IMG/VR virus record: IMGVR_UViG_3300025133_000040
Span: 47,832 to 111,831 of that record
Strand: one strand, 5' to 3'
Length of the DNA stretch: 64,000 bases
Source of the DNA: a virus
Shown: piece by piece, positions 9,933 through 19,271 of the stretch
Layout of the letters: every line of letters starts with the position of its first letter
How positions within the stretch are numbered: the first letter of the stretch is position 1
Position numbers and translations under genes: made by a program
The notes under the pieces: model-generated
Told to the model about the DNA's origin: nothing
Database searches by the model: none
What the model saw: the letters and a program-made list of their open reading frames with translations, nothing else

Positions 9933-10846
9933 TATACCGCTACCTCTCCGAAGTCAAGTTTAGAGTGAGGATTATAGTCAATTAGTTCCGTCTTGTCGTG
10001 TGTCCAATCAAAGATGCTGAATTGTTTTTCCTCTGGATGCAGCTTCAACTTAGGTAGTTGTCGCGGCTTCCTCTTTAGCTGTTCCTTCGCAACTTCAATC
10101 TGATTCTCATAGATGTGTGCATCACATAGGGTGCCGCTCAGATTTCCAGGCTTAAGCCCCGAGTCCTTACATAGTAGCTCCAATAGGAGCCCGTAACTTG
10201 CGATGTTGAACGGTACGCCCAGCATCATGTCGCATGAACGCTGCGTCCAGTGTAGGCTTAGTTCGCCATCAATGTGTGTTAGTATCCACATAAGGTGGCA
10301 GGGCGGTAGGGCCATAGCCTGAATCTGGCTAGGGTTCCACGCACTCACTACTAGTCGTCGGTCGTCAGGATTGTTTTCTAGTTTGCTTACCACTTGCTTG
10401 AGCTGGTCGATGCCTTTTAACTGGCCGTCACAACCCTCACTATAGACTTCGTTCCATTTGCGCCACTGGTAGCCATAGATGGGTCCAAGGTCATCCACTC
10501 TTTTTTGTATTTTTTTTCTGTTTGGAAACGGGTAGTCAATACCATTATTGATAACATTTAAATCCCCATGAACTATCCTGTCAACCTCTACAGGATTGGC
10601 CCACTCGTCCCATATCTTACACTTGCGTTTCTGATACCAAGACTTAGAGGTGATACCCCCTATGAACCCCTCTAGCTCAACAGCCATGGTTCGGAAGGCA
10701 AGCTTCTTAGTCGTGCAAGCAGGGAAGCCCTCGTGCATCTCATGTGAGAAGAACTGGTTGGGACATACTATGGTCTTACCGGCTCGTGTGTCCTTGGGCT
10801 TACCCTTGGACAGGATATTGTCTACAATGTCAAGATACTGCTGCAT
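9932..10846 (-). CDS. thyA: thymidylate synthase
   Basis: LGPIYGYQWR, MALPPCH, QRSCD, GVPFNIASY, DAHIYENQ. Confidence 0.97.
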   Translation of the reverse strand: MQQYLDIVDNILSKGKPKDTRAGKTIVCPNQFFSHEMHEGFPACTTKKLAFRTMAVELEGFIGGITSKSWYQKRKCKIWDEWANPVEVDRIVHGDLNVINNGIDYPFPNRKKIQKRVDDLGPIYGYQWRKWNEVYSEGCDGQLKGIDQLKQVVSKLENNPDDRRLVVSAWNPSQIQAMALPPCHLMWILTHIDGELSLHWTQRSCDMMLGVPFNIASYGLLLELLCKDSGLKPGNLSGTLCDAHIYENQIEVAKEQLKRKPRQLPKLKLHPEEKQFSIFDWTHDKTELIDYNPHSKLDFGEVAV

Positions 10847-10848
10847 GT

Positions 10849-11319
10849 TTAGTCCTTTGTGTGCTCAGCGTCGTGAGCAAACTTCTTAAGGGTTGACTGG
10901 GCATTGATGACTGGCTGGTGAACCGAAAGGTTCTCAGTATCCTGCCAGCTTACAATTATTTGCCTTACAAAATCCTTGAGGTCTGGCTGCCCTAAGACAA
11001 CGTCAACCAACGTCTTATAGATTACCTCGTTGAACTCGCCATTGGTAACATCAGCCACCAACTGCCCAAGCCTGGAGGCCGTTCTATTCATGTCTTCCTC
11101 AGGACACCACACCACATTAATGCGAGCCTGATGTGACCTATCTACATAGAAGGTTACACCGCATATCATATCCTCAGAGCCTAAACTATTTTGCCCTGCC
11201 TCTTCTGCTGCCTCACCTTGTTCTTCTATGTATTTCTGCACATTGTACTGCTGAACAACCTCGTCTGTAGTGGGAACATCGAATCCAAGTAGGTTATTAA
11301 AAAATCTTTCCCAAGCCAA
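10849..11319 (-). CDS. hypothetical protein
   Basis: AAGGGAG RBS before TTG start. Confidence 0.7.
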   Translation of the reverse strand: MAWERFFNNLLGFDVPTTDEVVQQYNVQKYIEEQGEAAEEAGQNSLGSEDMICGVTFYVDRSHQARINVVWCPEEDMNRTASRLGQLVADVTNGEFNEVIYKTLVDVVLGQPDLKDFVRQIIVSWQDTENLSVHQPVINAQSTLKKFAHDAEHTKD

Positions 11320-11353
11320 AGTACTCTCCCTTATATGTTATACACCTATAAAA

Positions 11354-11854
11354 CTAGCTAATTGACCATAGCTGTAGTAGCTCATCTCGCACTCTTTCTG
11401 GGTGTAGCGTGGAGAAATTAATAAAAACCTCGTCCATTATATGGTCCATGTCATACAGGCAGAGGGTGGCGTTACCGTCACCCCCCGCTGTAATAAGCCT
11501 CTTTGGTGGGTTGTCCTCTACGAATCGTTTAAGCTCTTTAACGGATGCGATGTATAGGTCTGTCACCATGTGAGCCCAGAAATTAGCGGTGGTTGCACCT
11601 AAGCCACTAGGCTTACCTGACTTAGGATTGAAAGTTTCGATTGCTATATTACCACTACGGTTAGCATAAATATCGTACTTGACTTCTGTTGTGAAGCCTT
11701 TGTCCTTATCTATAGTAGAAGTTATATCAAAGAATTTTCTTTTATTTACTGGTCCCTCATTAAGCTCGGACGGGAACCCCGCCTCTTCGTAGAGCTTAAG
11801 CACAGCGTTCTCTGCTGTCTTACCGATTGCTAAATCACGAGTCCACGCCGACAT
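11354..11854 (-). CDS. PD-(D/E)xK nuclease-like protein
   Basis: GKTAE...FD...EVKYD...SGNIAIE. Confidence 0.65.
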   Translation of the reverse strand: MSAWTRDLAIGKTAENAVLKLYEEAGFPSELNEGPVNKRKFFDITSTIDKDKGFTTEVKYDIYANRSGNIAIETFNPKSGKPSGLGATTANFWAHMVTDLYIASVKELKRFVEDNPPKRLITAGGDGNATLCLYDMDHIMDEVFINFSTLHPERVRDELLQLWSIS

Positions 11855-12467
11855 AGGCAGCCAATCCTTTCATTTTTTCTTTTGCTTTTTTAATAGATAG
11901 TCGCACAGCTTCTCTTGTCACCCCTTTTTCACAGGCAATGTCTTGCAATGTCCTATTCTCTATATAGTAATTATAGGCACAACTATGCTGCTTGTCAGTT
12001 AATTTATCGTCGGAAAGCAAAAATTCAACAAACTCCTTGTTCTCCACGTCTTTTGCTGTCTTTGTGGAGTCTTCATCTGGGTCAGCAATTATTGAGAGTA
12101 GCTCTTGAGAGTCTTCTCCGCTCCCCATTAGTGTGTGCAAGGACTTAACCTGTTTCTTATAGGCTCTTTTACGTCTAGTTAGGTATCCACACACAGCATA
12201 CCTTGCCATGGACTTGCGATAGCCTTCTTTGCTGCCTCGCCCGTCAAAGTTCCAATCACTTAACATAATTTGCGTAGTAATGTTTGCCATAGCATCGTCG
12301 TTGCTTAAAATTTCATTCGATGCTTGGTAGCCAAATTCACTTCTCATTGAAATGACTAAGTATCGTGCAATTTTTTGGTATTCATCTAGGCTCAGGTCTA
12401 CTTGACCTTTCTTATCTTCTTTAAAATTATTACCAACGTAGCCTAGTGTAGCAATGTCAAGATTCAT
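11835..12467 (-). CDS. phage RNA polymerase sigma factor (sigma70 region 4)
   Basis: LTDKQ...YYIENRTLQDIACEKGVTREAVRLSIKKA helix-turn-helix. Confidence 0.8.
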   Translation of the reverse strand: MNLDIATLGYVGNNFKEDKKGQVDLSLDEYQKIARYLVISMRSEFGYQASNEILSNDDAMANITTQIMLSDWNFDGRGSKEGYRKSMARYAVCGYLTRRKRAYKKQVKSLHTLMGSGEDSQELLSIIADPDEDSTKTAKDVENKEFVEFLLSDDKLTDKQHSCAYNYYIENRTLQDIACEKGVTREAVRLSIKKAKEKMKGLAAYVGVDS

Positions 12468-12865
12468 TCGTTTCTCCCATAAAATAAAGCGTTACCAACC
12501 ATAATGTCCTGTAAGTCTTGTTTTCCTATGTCCTGTTGTGACACCGTTGCGGTATCAATCAATTGATAGTTGTACTCGTACTCTTCTTCAACGAGTCCAA
12601 AATATATAGCCCAACTAGGGGGGTCGTCCATGTCGTCTATCCACGTAGTTGCATTATCGTCAGATAGAACGTCTAATCTTAACCATTTTCCAGTTGGTCT
12701 TTTAACAGTCATGTCGGTGTCGTAGTACACCGGGAAGTTGTGCAACCCTTTCGGAAGGTGCATGTCTTTCAAAGATATGCCCATCTGCAACTCAAGCGCT
12801 GCCATTCTAATGGCGTTGTTAATTTCCCCTTTGTTGTCGGGGTGAGTCACAATTGCTATAGTCAT
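12464..12865 (-). CDS. hypothetical protein
   Basis: coupled ORF. Confidence 0.65.
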   Translation of the reverse strand: MTIAIVTHPDNKGEINNAIRMAALELQMGISLKDMHLPKGLHNFPVYYDTDMTVKRPTGKWLRLDVLSDDNATTWIDDMDDPPSWAIYFGLVEEEYEYNYQLIDTATVSQQDIGKQDLQDIMVGNALFYGRNE

Positions 12866-13950
12866 TATACAGTAACTCCCATTGAAGTCAATAGGGTTTT
12901 TGCGGTATTTTCCCAGGAGAATCGCCCTGCTGTCACGATTCCTTGGGGGTTGTCTGGCCTATTTTTATAACAGAATCTCATATGTTCGATAAGTTGCTCC
13001 TCTTGGTCGAGGTCAAAGTCCATCCACTCTCCCTGCCCATGGAACCAGATACCATCATAGGCATCTTCTAGGCCATCGCTGGGCTCAATCAAAAAGGAAT
13101 TGTCAGCATCGCAGTACTCAGTATGCGCAGAGTAGTTCGTTGTGATGACTGGCTTACCACACGACATCATTTCAAGTAGCTCCATATTCCAGCCCTCAGC
13201 ACGAGCAGGGAAAACCCCACAGTCTACCGTTGCCATAGCCGCAGCAACGTCTTTATGTCCTTTTACTGCCGGTAAAACATGTATCTTGCTCGCCAAGGAC
13301 AACGTGCTATACTGGTTGAGCCAACCCCTTGTCTGTCCAGGTGTTAGGAATGGGTTGTGAGGCATCATTATGAGCCTTACGTTGTCTGTTTTATTAAACG
13401 CCTTGTCGAAGCACCTGCCAAGTGTGTCGTGCCCCTTGCGCTTCTCCCACTTGCCAATGTTGAAGAAGGTATATTCATCCTCTGGTTTAAACAAGGTCGT
13501 CAGTTCGTCCGTACGGGCCTCTGCGTTGAACACACTACTGTCTACGCCTAAAGGCACAACATCGGCTTTTCTACCTATCTGCTCCTCTATGATTGAGGCA
13601 GCCCAAGAGGAGCACACTGTGAGCCTGTCGGGAAATCCAAGGTGGTGCTTTTCTATATCGTTGAATTTATTCAACTCAAAGATTGGCATGGCAGTATACT
13701 CGCCACGACCTACTCTATTGGCTAGGTCAAACTGGTGCCAGATTTGCAGAGTAGGGGCGTCGTAGTCAAACTCGTTGGCGTTGGCAGCACAGCCGTTAAG
13801 GAAGTCTAGTTCCTCCTTGGTGTCTGCCTGTATGTTCCCCTTGGAGAATAAGGACACCTTGTGGTCTAGCTTGTGAAGGGCGTCGATAATATATTTAGTA
13901 GCAATGCCGTAGCCAGTATTGCTAGTACTTCCCATAAGATTTATATTCAT
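12865..13950 (-). CDS. GT4 glycosyltransferase
   Basis: GKWEKRKG, EGWNMELLEMMSCGKPVI, FSWE. Confidence 0.9.
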   Translation of the reverse strand: MNINLMGSTSNTGYGIATKYIIDALHKLDHKVSLFSKGNIQADTKEELDFLNGCAANANEFDYDAPTLQIWHQFDLANRVGRGEYTAMPIFELNKFNDIEKHHLGFPDRLTVCSSWAASIIEEQIGRKADVVPLGVDSSVFNAEARTDELTTLFKPEDEYTFFNIGKWEKRKGHDTLGRCFDKAFNKTDNVRLIMMPHNPFLTPGQTRGWLNQYSTLSLASKIHVLPAVKGHKDVAAAMATVDCGVFPARAEGWNMELLEMMSCGKPVITTNYSAHTEYCDADNSFLIEPSDGLEDAYDGIWFHGQGEWMDFDLDQEEQLIEHMRFCYKNRPDNPQGIVTAGRFSWENTAKTLLTSMGVTV

Positions 13951-14993
13951 TCCTCGTTCGCCTCGCACATTAGCTTGCTTACTGTTTCATTAAACTCTGA
14001 AAAGTGGGTCGTTCCAATCTCTTCGTAGCCCACAACAGGGCCAGACAGCCTACCCTGTGCCATCAGGTTGACTACAGAACTAACAGGGAACGCTGTAGCC
14101 ATTTGCATAGCGCTGAACCTCTTGTTTGCCACAACATACTTTGACACAAAATTCCTGTCCACATCCACATGGAACACGACCTTATCGTCCTCTTCTGTCC
14201 TTTCAGCGTCTAGTATGTCGCAAACATACTTAGGAGGAATATCAGACTTAATTAATAGAGACATAGCGGCGTGGTGTCCAAGCCATCTGACTGTCTTGTA
14301 CTCGCAGTCCTCAACCCCTTTCTTAAGCATACTGTCAATAGTATGGGAGGCACCACCACTAGTGCGGAAACACTCATACTGTCCCTCTCCCGGCCACGAG
14401 GACGTAACCTTAGCATAGCCGCTCATACCGGGAGCCTTAAGAACCTCCCCTCCTTTTAGTACAACGCAATCGTCTTTATATTCGTTGATAAGCCCATCGG
14501 CAGACCAAGTCCTTTTATAGTTATAAACCTTTCGCTCGTCATACTTAGCAGGAATACCTCCGCACAGCATTACAACCTTTTTAACCGGCTCACCCCTTGG
14601 TAAACCATATAACATTTCAGCCACAATATTAACCCAGCCAGGAGCGAGGCCCTGGTCTGTTGCTGCGATTCCCCCTCTAAGCTTAGCAAACTTATTAATG
14701 TCGGACGACGTTTTTACGTGCCCTCCAAGGTCAACGTAGGGAACACCCTGAGAGATAGCGTCTATAGCCACCTTAAGGTTTTGATGGTACGGCATAGCAG
14801 ACACAACTACCGCAACATCGTTGTGCTCATTTATTTTAAATTCATCATACACTCTAGGGAAGTCTACGTTGGGACCACCGGGATATGATGTGTCCACACC
14901 AACAGTATGATAGCCTAGCTGCTTCAAGGCCCAGCAGATTGCTTGACCCATGTTGCCGTTCGCTCCGTATACTACAATTTTCTTATCTTTCAT
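13947..14993 (-). CDS. saccharopine dehydrogenase / lysine 6-dehydrogenase-like oxidoreductase
   Basis: GANGNMG Rossmann fold, YVDLGG, GLAPG, TWSADGLINEY, YKTVRWLGH. Confidence 0.85.
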   Translation of the reverse strand: MKDKKIVVYGANGNMGQAICWALKQLGYHTVGVDTSYPGGPNVDFPRVYDEFKINEHNDVAVVVSAMPYHQNLKVAIDAISQGVPYVDLGGHVKTSSDINKFAKLRGGIAATDQGLAPGWVNIVAEMLYGLPRGEPVKKVVMLCGGIPAKYDERKVYNYKRTWSADGLINEYKDDCVVLKGGEVLKAPGMSGYAKVTSSWPGEGQYECFRTSGGASHTIDSMLKKGVEDCEYKTVRWLGHHAAMSLLIKSDIPPKYVCDILDAERTEEDDKVVFHVDVDRNFVSKYVVANKRFSAMQMATAFPVSSVVNLMAQGRLSGPVVGYEEIGTTHFSEFNETVSKLMCEANEE

Positions 14994-15345
14994 TGAGTAT
15001 CTCCTTAAACTCTGGGAGGTCGCCGTTCTTTTTAACGCACTCATCTTCGTAGAGGTGCATAAGCCTGCGTCTCATCTCGTCTTCCATGTCTGGGAAGACA
15101 CCAAGAGCGTCGGACAAGCTTGTATAGCCAAGCTTTCCTTCTGGGAAAAATGTTTGAAGCCACAACCGACTAACGAAGTAGTTAAATGCGCCCTTAACCT
15201 TGCCGGAAGGAACGGTCTTAAGAATCTCAGAAATATCTTCAATCCCAGGCTGAGAGCGAGAGCTAATAGCCCCACACCACTGAGATAAGAAACCAATCTG
15301 GTCTTTGATGTGTTGTCTGTCTTTTTTTGGCTCAATGTATGGCAT
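14983..15345 (-). CDS. conserved phage hypothetical protein
   Basis: MPYI...GAFNY...RRLMHLYEDECVKKNGD. Confidence 0.7.
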   Translation of the reverse strand: MPYIEPKKDRQHIKDQIGFLSQWCGAISSRSQPGIEDISEILKTVPSGKVKGAFNYFVSRLWLQTFFPEGKLGYTSLSDALGVFPDMEDEMRRRLMHLYEDECVKKNGDLPEFKEILNER

Positions 15346-15704
15346 TATAATTCCTCCAGTATCTTTCCAAGTTGTTCTTCTTCATCTCTTCGTAATGCCT
15401 CTATGCAGTTTGCACGAGCACAGCTAAGGGCCTTCTGATATAGCTGAGACGACAGGCGTTTAAACTCAACAGTTGTTTTGTAGATTGTTTTTCCGTCTAT
15501 TTTTATATGAATGACTTCGGTACGATTCGTAGACGAGAACACGGTCCTTTTCAACCCAACGCATTTACCACTCTCGCTTTTGGCTACTATTACTTCCTCG
15601 CTTGCGTTTGAAAATTTCCAATCTAGATTGCCAAGAACCATAAAAAATTTACATCTATTAGTTGCCATGCGTAGTCCTAATTTCCCTATAGGTGCCAGAG
15701 GCAC
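15345..15704 (-). CDS. hypothetical protein
   Basis: coupled ORF; start probably MATNRC. Confidence 0.55.
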   Translation of the reverse strand: MPLAPIGKLGLRMATNRCKFFMVLGNLDWKFSNASEEVIVAKSESGKCVGLKRTVFSSTNRTEVIHIKIDGKTIYKTTVEFKRLSSQLYQKALSCARANCIEALRRDEEEQLGKILEEL

Positions 15705-16644
15705 TTTTCATAAACAGTGAATGAGTCAAAGGCTTCGACCCCTTACGAACCTGAACACCGTCAAGCAAGCTGCCATCCGTAATGCCCGTTGATATAAAAG
15801 CACAGTCGCCCCTCACTAGGTCGTTTTCGTTTAAAATCTCTCCGCACTTAACAAACCTTGAACTACCGTCCATCATTCGCTCAACTTCTTCCATCTCAAA
15901 GCCCCCTCCAAGGCACTTAACTGCGGCAGCAGAAATAACAGCCTCAGGTGCGCCGCCGATACCACAGTACAGGTCGATGCCAGAGTTAGGTAGACACGTA
16001 GCGATAGAGGCATTAACATCACAGTCTTGAATAAGTTTAATCCTACAGCCAATTCCCCTTAGTAGTTCAATGCTGTGTCCGTTACGCGGCCTATCAAGCA
16101 TACACACCGTAACTTCATTAACCTGCTTCTTTAGCGCGTCAGCCACCATGGTAGCTACCTCACTAATAGGAAAATCAAGCTGGTGGTACTTGTCGCCTCC
16201 GTACCTGTTGTCAATGTATTTCTTAGTGCGAGGTCCATAGCACATCTTCATTACGTAGTGAGCCTCGGTTGTGTACATCGTGTCAGGGCCAGAGAAAGCC
16301 ATTACAGAACTAGCCTCAGGCCCACCTTTAGAGGTTTGAGTTGTGCCGTCTACAGGGTCTACAGCAATGTCATAGATTTTCTCCCACTGAGAGTCTTTCT
16401 TATTAACATACTTACCAACGCCTCTGTACTCGCCAACCCACTCACCGTCAAAGAGCCCAGGAGCCTCGTCCTTCTTACCCTCACCAATAACAATCTTACC
16501 ACAGATAGGCATACGGTTGAGTCTGTCTCGCATTGCCTCTGTTGCCGCCCCATCTGCCCCGTTCTTATCCCCGCCACCAATGTAGGACGACGCCGCAATA
16601 GCAGCCGCTTCTGTCACCCTAATTAAATCTAACGAAAAATTCAT
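15658..16644 (-). CDS. glpX: class II fructose-1,6-bisphosphatase
   Basis: RVTEAAAIA, IGEGKKDEAP, DIAVDPVDGT, LDRPR, GIGGAPEAV, TGITDG. Confidence 0.95.
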   Translation of the reverse strand: MNFSLDLIRVTEAAAIAASSYIGGGDKNGADGAATEAMRDRLNRMPICGKIVIGEGKKDEAPGLFDGEWVGEYRGVGKYVNKKDSQWEKIYDIAVDPVDGTTQTSKGGPEASSVMAFSGPDTMYTTEAHYVMKMCYGPRTKKYIDNRYGGDKYHQLDFPISEVATMVADALKKQVNEVTVCMLDRPRNGHSIELLRGIGCRIKLIQDCDVNASIATCLPNSGIDLYCGIGGAPEAVISAAAVKCLGGGFEMEEVERMMDGSSRFVKCGEILNENDLVRGDCAFISTGITDGSLLDGVQVRKGSKPLTHSLFMKSASGTYREIRTTHGN

Positions 16645-17172
16645 CTAGCTGTCCTTTTTTCTGCTGTCAATTCCACAGTCCCAACATTGTTTTTGTCCTA
16701 GCTTTAGATTGCGCGTGGATACGTGCAACTCATTACCACACTCACACTTGCAGAGCCACTTGGCTGAGCGGTTGTGGGTTGTATTATACGAACCGTCCTG
16801 TCTTAGTACGGTCAATTTGTTAAACACCTTACCTGTAAGGTCTAGTTTGTTGTGTCCACCCCGGCGACCCCTGTTTGGCCCAGCCCCGCAAGAGAAGTCA
16901 AGGTCGTTATCAGCAATCTTCTGCTTAATAACGCGATGGCTAAGGCCGCTTGCCCTAGCTAGACTGGGAATGGTGCGATACCTCACCCCATCATGCTCTA
17001 CGTCAATGATGCTAGACTTATGTAGCCTGTCTCGGCTAACGATAAGTTCAGGAGGATACTCGTGCTTTATTCTGTCACGAATAACTCGCTTATTTATATA
17101 CGGGTAGTCCTTGTGGATTTGACTAATCGTATTATAAGTTTTACCATTGATTGTAATTGAAAAACGAAACAT
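16645..17172 (-). CDS. homing-endonuclease-associated DNA-binding protein, no nuclease domain seen
   Basis: DLTGKVFNKLTV...WLCKCECGN module. Confidence 0.6.
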   Translation of the reverse strand: MFRFSITINGKTYNTISQIHKDYPYINKRVIRDRIKHEYPPELIVSRDRLHKSSIIDVEHDGVRYRTIPSLARASGLSHRVIKQKIADNDLDFSCGAGPNRGRRGGHNKLDLTGKVFNKLTVLRQDGSYNTTHNRSAKWLCKCECGNELHVSTRNLKLGQKQCWDCGIDSRKKDS

Positions 17173-17212
17173 TAATGCTCACCATATAAGTTATGTGACT
17201 ATCCATACATAA

Positions 17213-17240
17213 AGTATACACGAAAGTGCGACGGAGTCAA
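17213..17240 (-). promoter_or_regulatory. promoter TTGACT-N16-TATACT
   Basis: repeated motif. Confidence 0.75.
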
Positions 17241-17247
17241 GTAGAAA

Positions 17248-17595
17248 TCACCTATTATCTCCATCCCCTTTTAAGGTGCCCTTTTCTTTTCTCTTCTTTA
17301 ATTTATCCAGGTTGTCCCTAAACACGTCGTCCAGATTAACCCCTAGCTCCGTAGCCGTCTGAGCCAGATACCATGCTACGTCTCCCAGCTCGCCAACCAG
17401 GGCCTCCCTCTTGCCTGCCTCAAGGACGCCGTCGCTATCCCTAAGCACCTTCTTTGTCTTGTTGGCTATCTCGCCAGCCTCACCCGCGAGTCCTAGAACG
17501 GTGTAGACTAGTCCACCAATCTCTCCTGCGCCGGGGTAGATTGCTGTTTGCGCTGTCCTGCTTTGGTAGTCTGATGCTTGCATCTGTCTCTCCAT
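17248..17595 (-). CDS. MazG-like nucleotide pyrophosphohydrolase
   Basis: LGLAGEAGE, ELGDVAWY, NLDKL. Confidence 0.9.
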   Translation of the reverse strand: MERQMQASDYQSRTAQTAIYPGAGEIGGLVYTVLGLAGEAGEIANKTKKVLRDSDGVLEAGKREALVGELGDVAWYLAQTATELGVNLDDVFRDNLDKLKKRKEKGTLKGDGDNR

Positions 17596-17646
17596 GTAAA
17601 AAAGGGCCTGTCGGAACAGACCCAGAGGTAAAACGAATAATATGAT

Positions 17647-18237
17647 TTAATAACCAAAGACTTCAAAGTCTTTAGCCCATGTGGTTTTGATATACTCTTT
17701 AACTTCTGGTGTTAATAGCTGGTCGTAGTCTGGACTTGGATTCACATTGTATTGAGGCAGCGAGAAGGTAATGCCCAACTCGTCCCCTATGGCTGTGAGG
17801 TCTTGCTCTAGACTCTCAAATCTAACCCATCTAGTTATGAGGTCTCGTCCTCCATACCTTAGATAGGTGTGCTGGAAGCCCGCTTGGTTGCCTCTAAACT
17901 TAAGGAAGGCTAGGAAGTCTATGTTGGTTGCTATGTTGTGCCAGGGGTGACTTTCGTTTCGCTGACAGTAGCGATAGAACGAGGCTAGCCTAGTGTAGGG
18001 GTTTCTGACAGAGGCGAAGACAATACCAAGACTGCTAAAGTAGTCCCACCCATTCTTAGCTACGAAGTGCTGAGGGTGATAGTGGTCTAGATTGGAGCCT
18101 TGAAAATACAGAATATTATGATGCGGCTCTAGGGCTTTTTTAATGCTGGAGCCACCAGTTTTTTCCATGTGAAAGAACGCTGCTACGTACTTGTTCTTAC
18201 GGTAGTAATCTCTTTTAGTAGCTTTCATACTATCCAT
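17647..18237 (-). CDS. sulfotransferase family 2 protein
   Basis: HMEKTGGSS, VRNPYTRLASFY, RFESL, DFEVFGY; start placed downstream of the terminator. Confidence 0.85.
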   Translation of the reverse strand: MDSMKATKRDYYRKNKYVAAFFHMEKTGGSSIKKALEPHHNILYFQGSNLDHYHPQHFVAKNGWDYFSSLGIVFASVRNPYTRLASFYRYCQRNESHPWHNIATNIDFLAFLKFRGNQAGFQHTYLRYGGRDLITRWVRFESLEQDLTAIGDELGITFSLPQYNVNPSPDYDQLLTPEVKEYIKTTWAKDFEVFGY

Positions 18238-18238
18238 C

Positions 18239-18267
18239 AAAAAAAGTGGACCCCCGAAGGGGTCCAT
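18239..18267 (-). terminator. intrinsic terminator
   Basis: TGGACCCC TTCG GGGGTCCA followed by a T run. Confidence 0.85.
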
Positions 18268-18326
18268 AAAATTTCCCAAGCCACCCTTTGAGTAGAACGT
18301 ATCCCCCAAAGTCACCGTACACAGTA

Positions 18327-18441
18327 CAACTATTACCACCTACCGGCGAAAGTAAGGGTCGAGGGTTCGCCCTGTTATAAGACCACGCTGATAGAACCCG
18401 CAGGTAGCTAGGCGTGCTTAGTACAGACCCTCACATAGTTG
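18327..18441 (-). ncRNA. candidate multiply pseudoknotted RNA in the tRNA-Ile trailer
   Basis: several crossing complementary segments (see findings). Confidence 0.5.
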
Positions 18442-18443
18442 AG

Positions 18444-18517
18444 TAGGTTACCAGGGAGTCGAACCCTGCACATCTGCCTTATAAGAGCAGCCTCCCCAAC
18501 CGGAGGAGCCGTAACCC
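18444..18517 (-). tRNA. tRNA-Ile(UAU)
   Basis: cloverleaf, anticodon loop CTTATAA. Confidence 0.85.
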
Positions 18518-18523
18518 AAAATC

Positions 18524-18826
18524 TTATTCTTCTTCCATCTCTTTAAGTCTTAAGCACTCAGCGACAGGACCATCGTAAAATTCCAAGTCAACGTCCAGGC
18601 TAGAGCACTTGTAGTTGCACATGTCGTCCATAGAAATCAGATAAGGACAATCACCACACCAAAGCTCGCCGCAAACGACTGCGCCCTCAGGCATGTTAAT
18701 GTTCAAAACCTTGTCATAGCACTTCTTACATACGTCATACTCAATTGTCTTGTCCTTGGCTGGACAACGACACTGGCCCATTAGTATTCCACATTGCTTG
18801 CAGACTGTTTTAATGTGTTCAGACAT
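18524..18826 (-). CDS. Cys-rich hypothetical protein
   Basis: multiple CxxC. Confidence 0.6.
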   Translation of the reverse strand: MSEHIKTVCKQCGILMGQCRCPAKDKTIEYDVCKKCYDKVLNINMPEGAVVCGELWCGDCPYLISMDDMCNYKCSSLDVDLEFYDGPVAECLRLKEMEEE

Positions 18827-19034
18827 TAGTCTGCCTATTTCAAAAGATGGACAATGTACATACGATAGCCTTTTTCGTCAACCCTAATTAGGGCGGTGCG
18901 TTGGCTGGCGCTTGGAATAGCCCCTACGGCTTCTCTCTTGGTGTCGTACTCAGCAGTACGAATACCTTTTCCACCGTTGGCTACAGTACGAACTTTGTAC
19001 TTCATCGTTCTTCTCCGGTTAAAATCCTAGTGAG

Positions 19035-19104
19035 TACCAACGGAAGGAATTGAACCTTTCTCACAACGCCTTATGAAAGCGTGCTCCCGCCTCGGGTCGC
19101 TGGT
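19035..19104 (-). tRNA. tRNA-Met/Ile2(CAU), short D-arm
   Basis: loop TTCATAA. Confidence 0.75.
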
Positions 19105-19108
19105 AAAG

Positions 19109-19190
19109 CAGCGGGTGAGGGAATCGAACTCTCGCGCCCTTACGACGACTGTTTTCAAGACAGTTTAGCACGCCAACTGCAATACCCGCT
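19109..19190 (-). tRNA. tRNA-Ser(UGA)
   Basis: loop CTTGAAA, long variable arm. Confidence 0.8.
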
Positions 19191-19194
19191 GTAG

Positions 19195-19265
19195 CTGGCC
19201 CCGAAGGATTTGCACCTTCGCGAAGACATTCAGAGTGTCTCATGCTACTGTTACATCAGGGACCA
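19195..19265 (-). tRNA. tRNA-Gln(CUG)
   Basis: loop CTCTGAA; T-loop TGCAAAT. Confidence 0.85.
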
Positions 19266-19271
19266 GTAAAA

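Noticed and set aside
18238-18339. N-terminal extension of the sulfotransferase ORF
   Set aside because: It spans a terminator and structured RNA; the start is placed at 18237 or 18228
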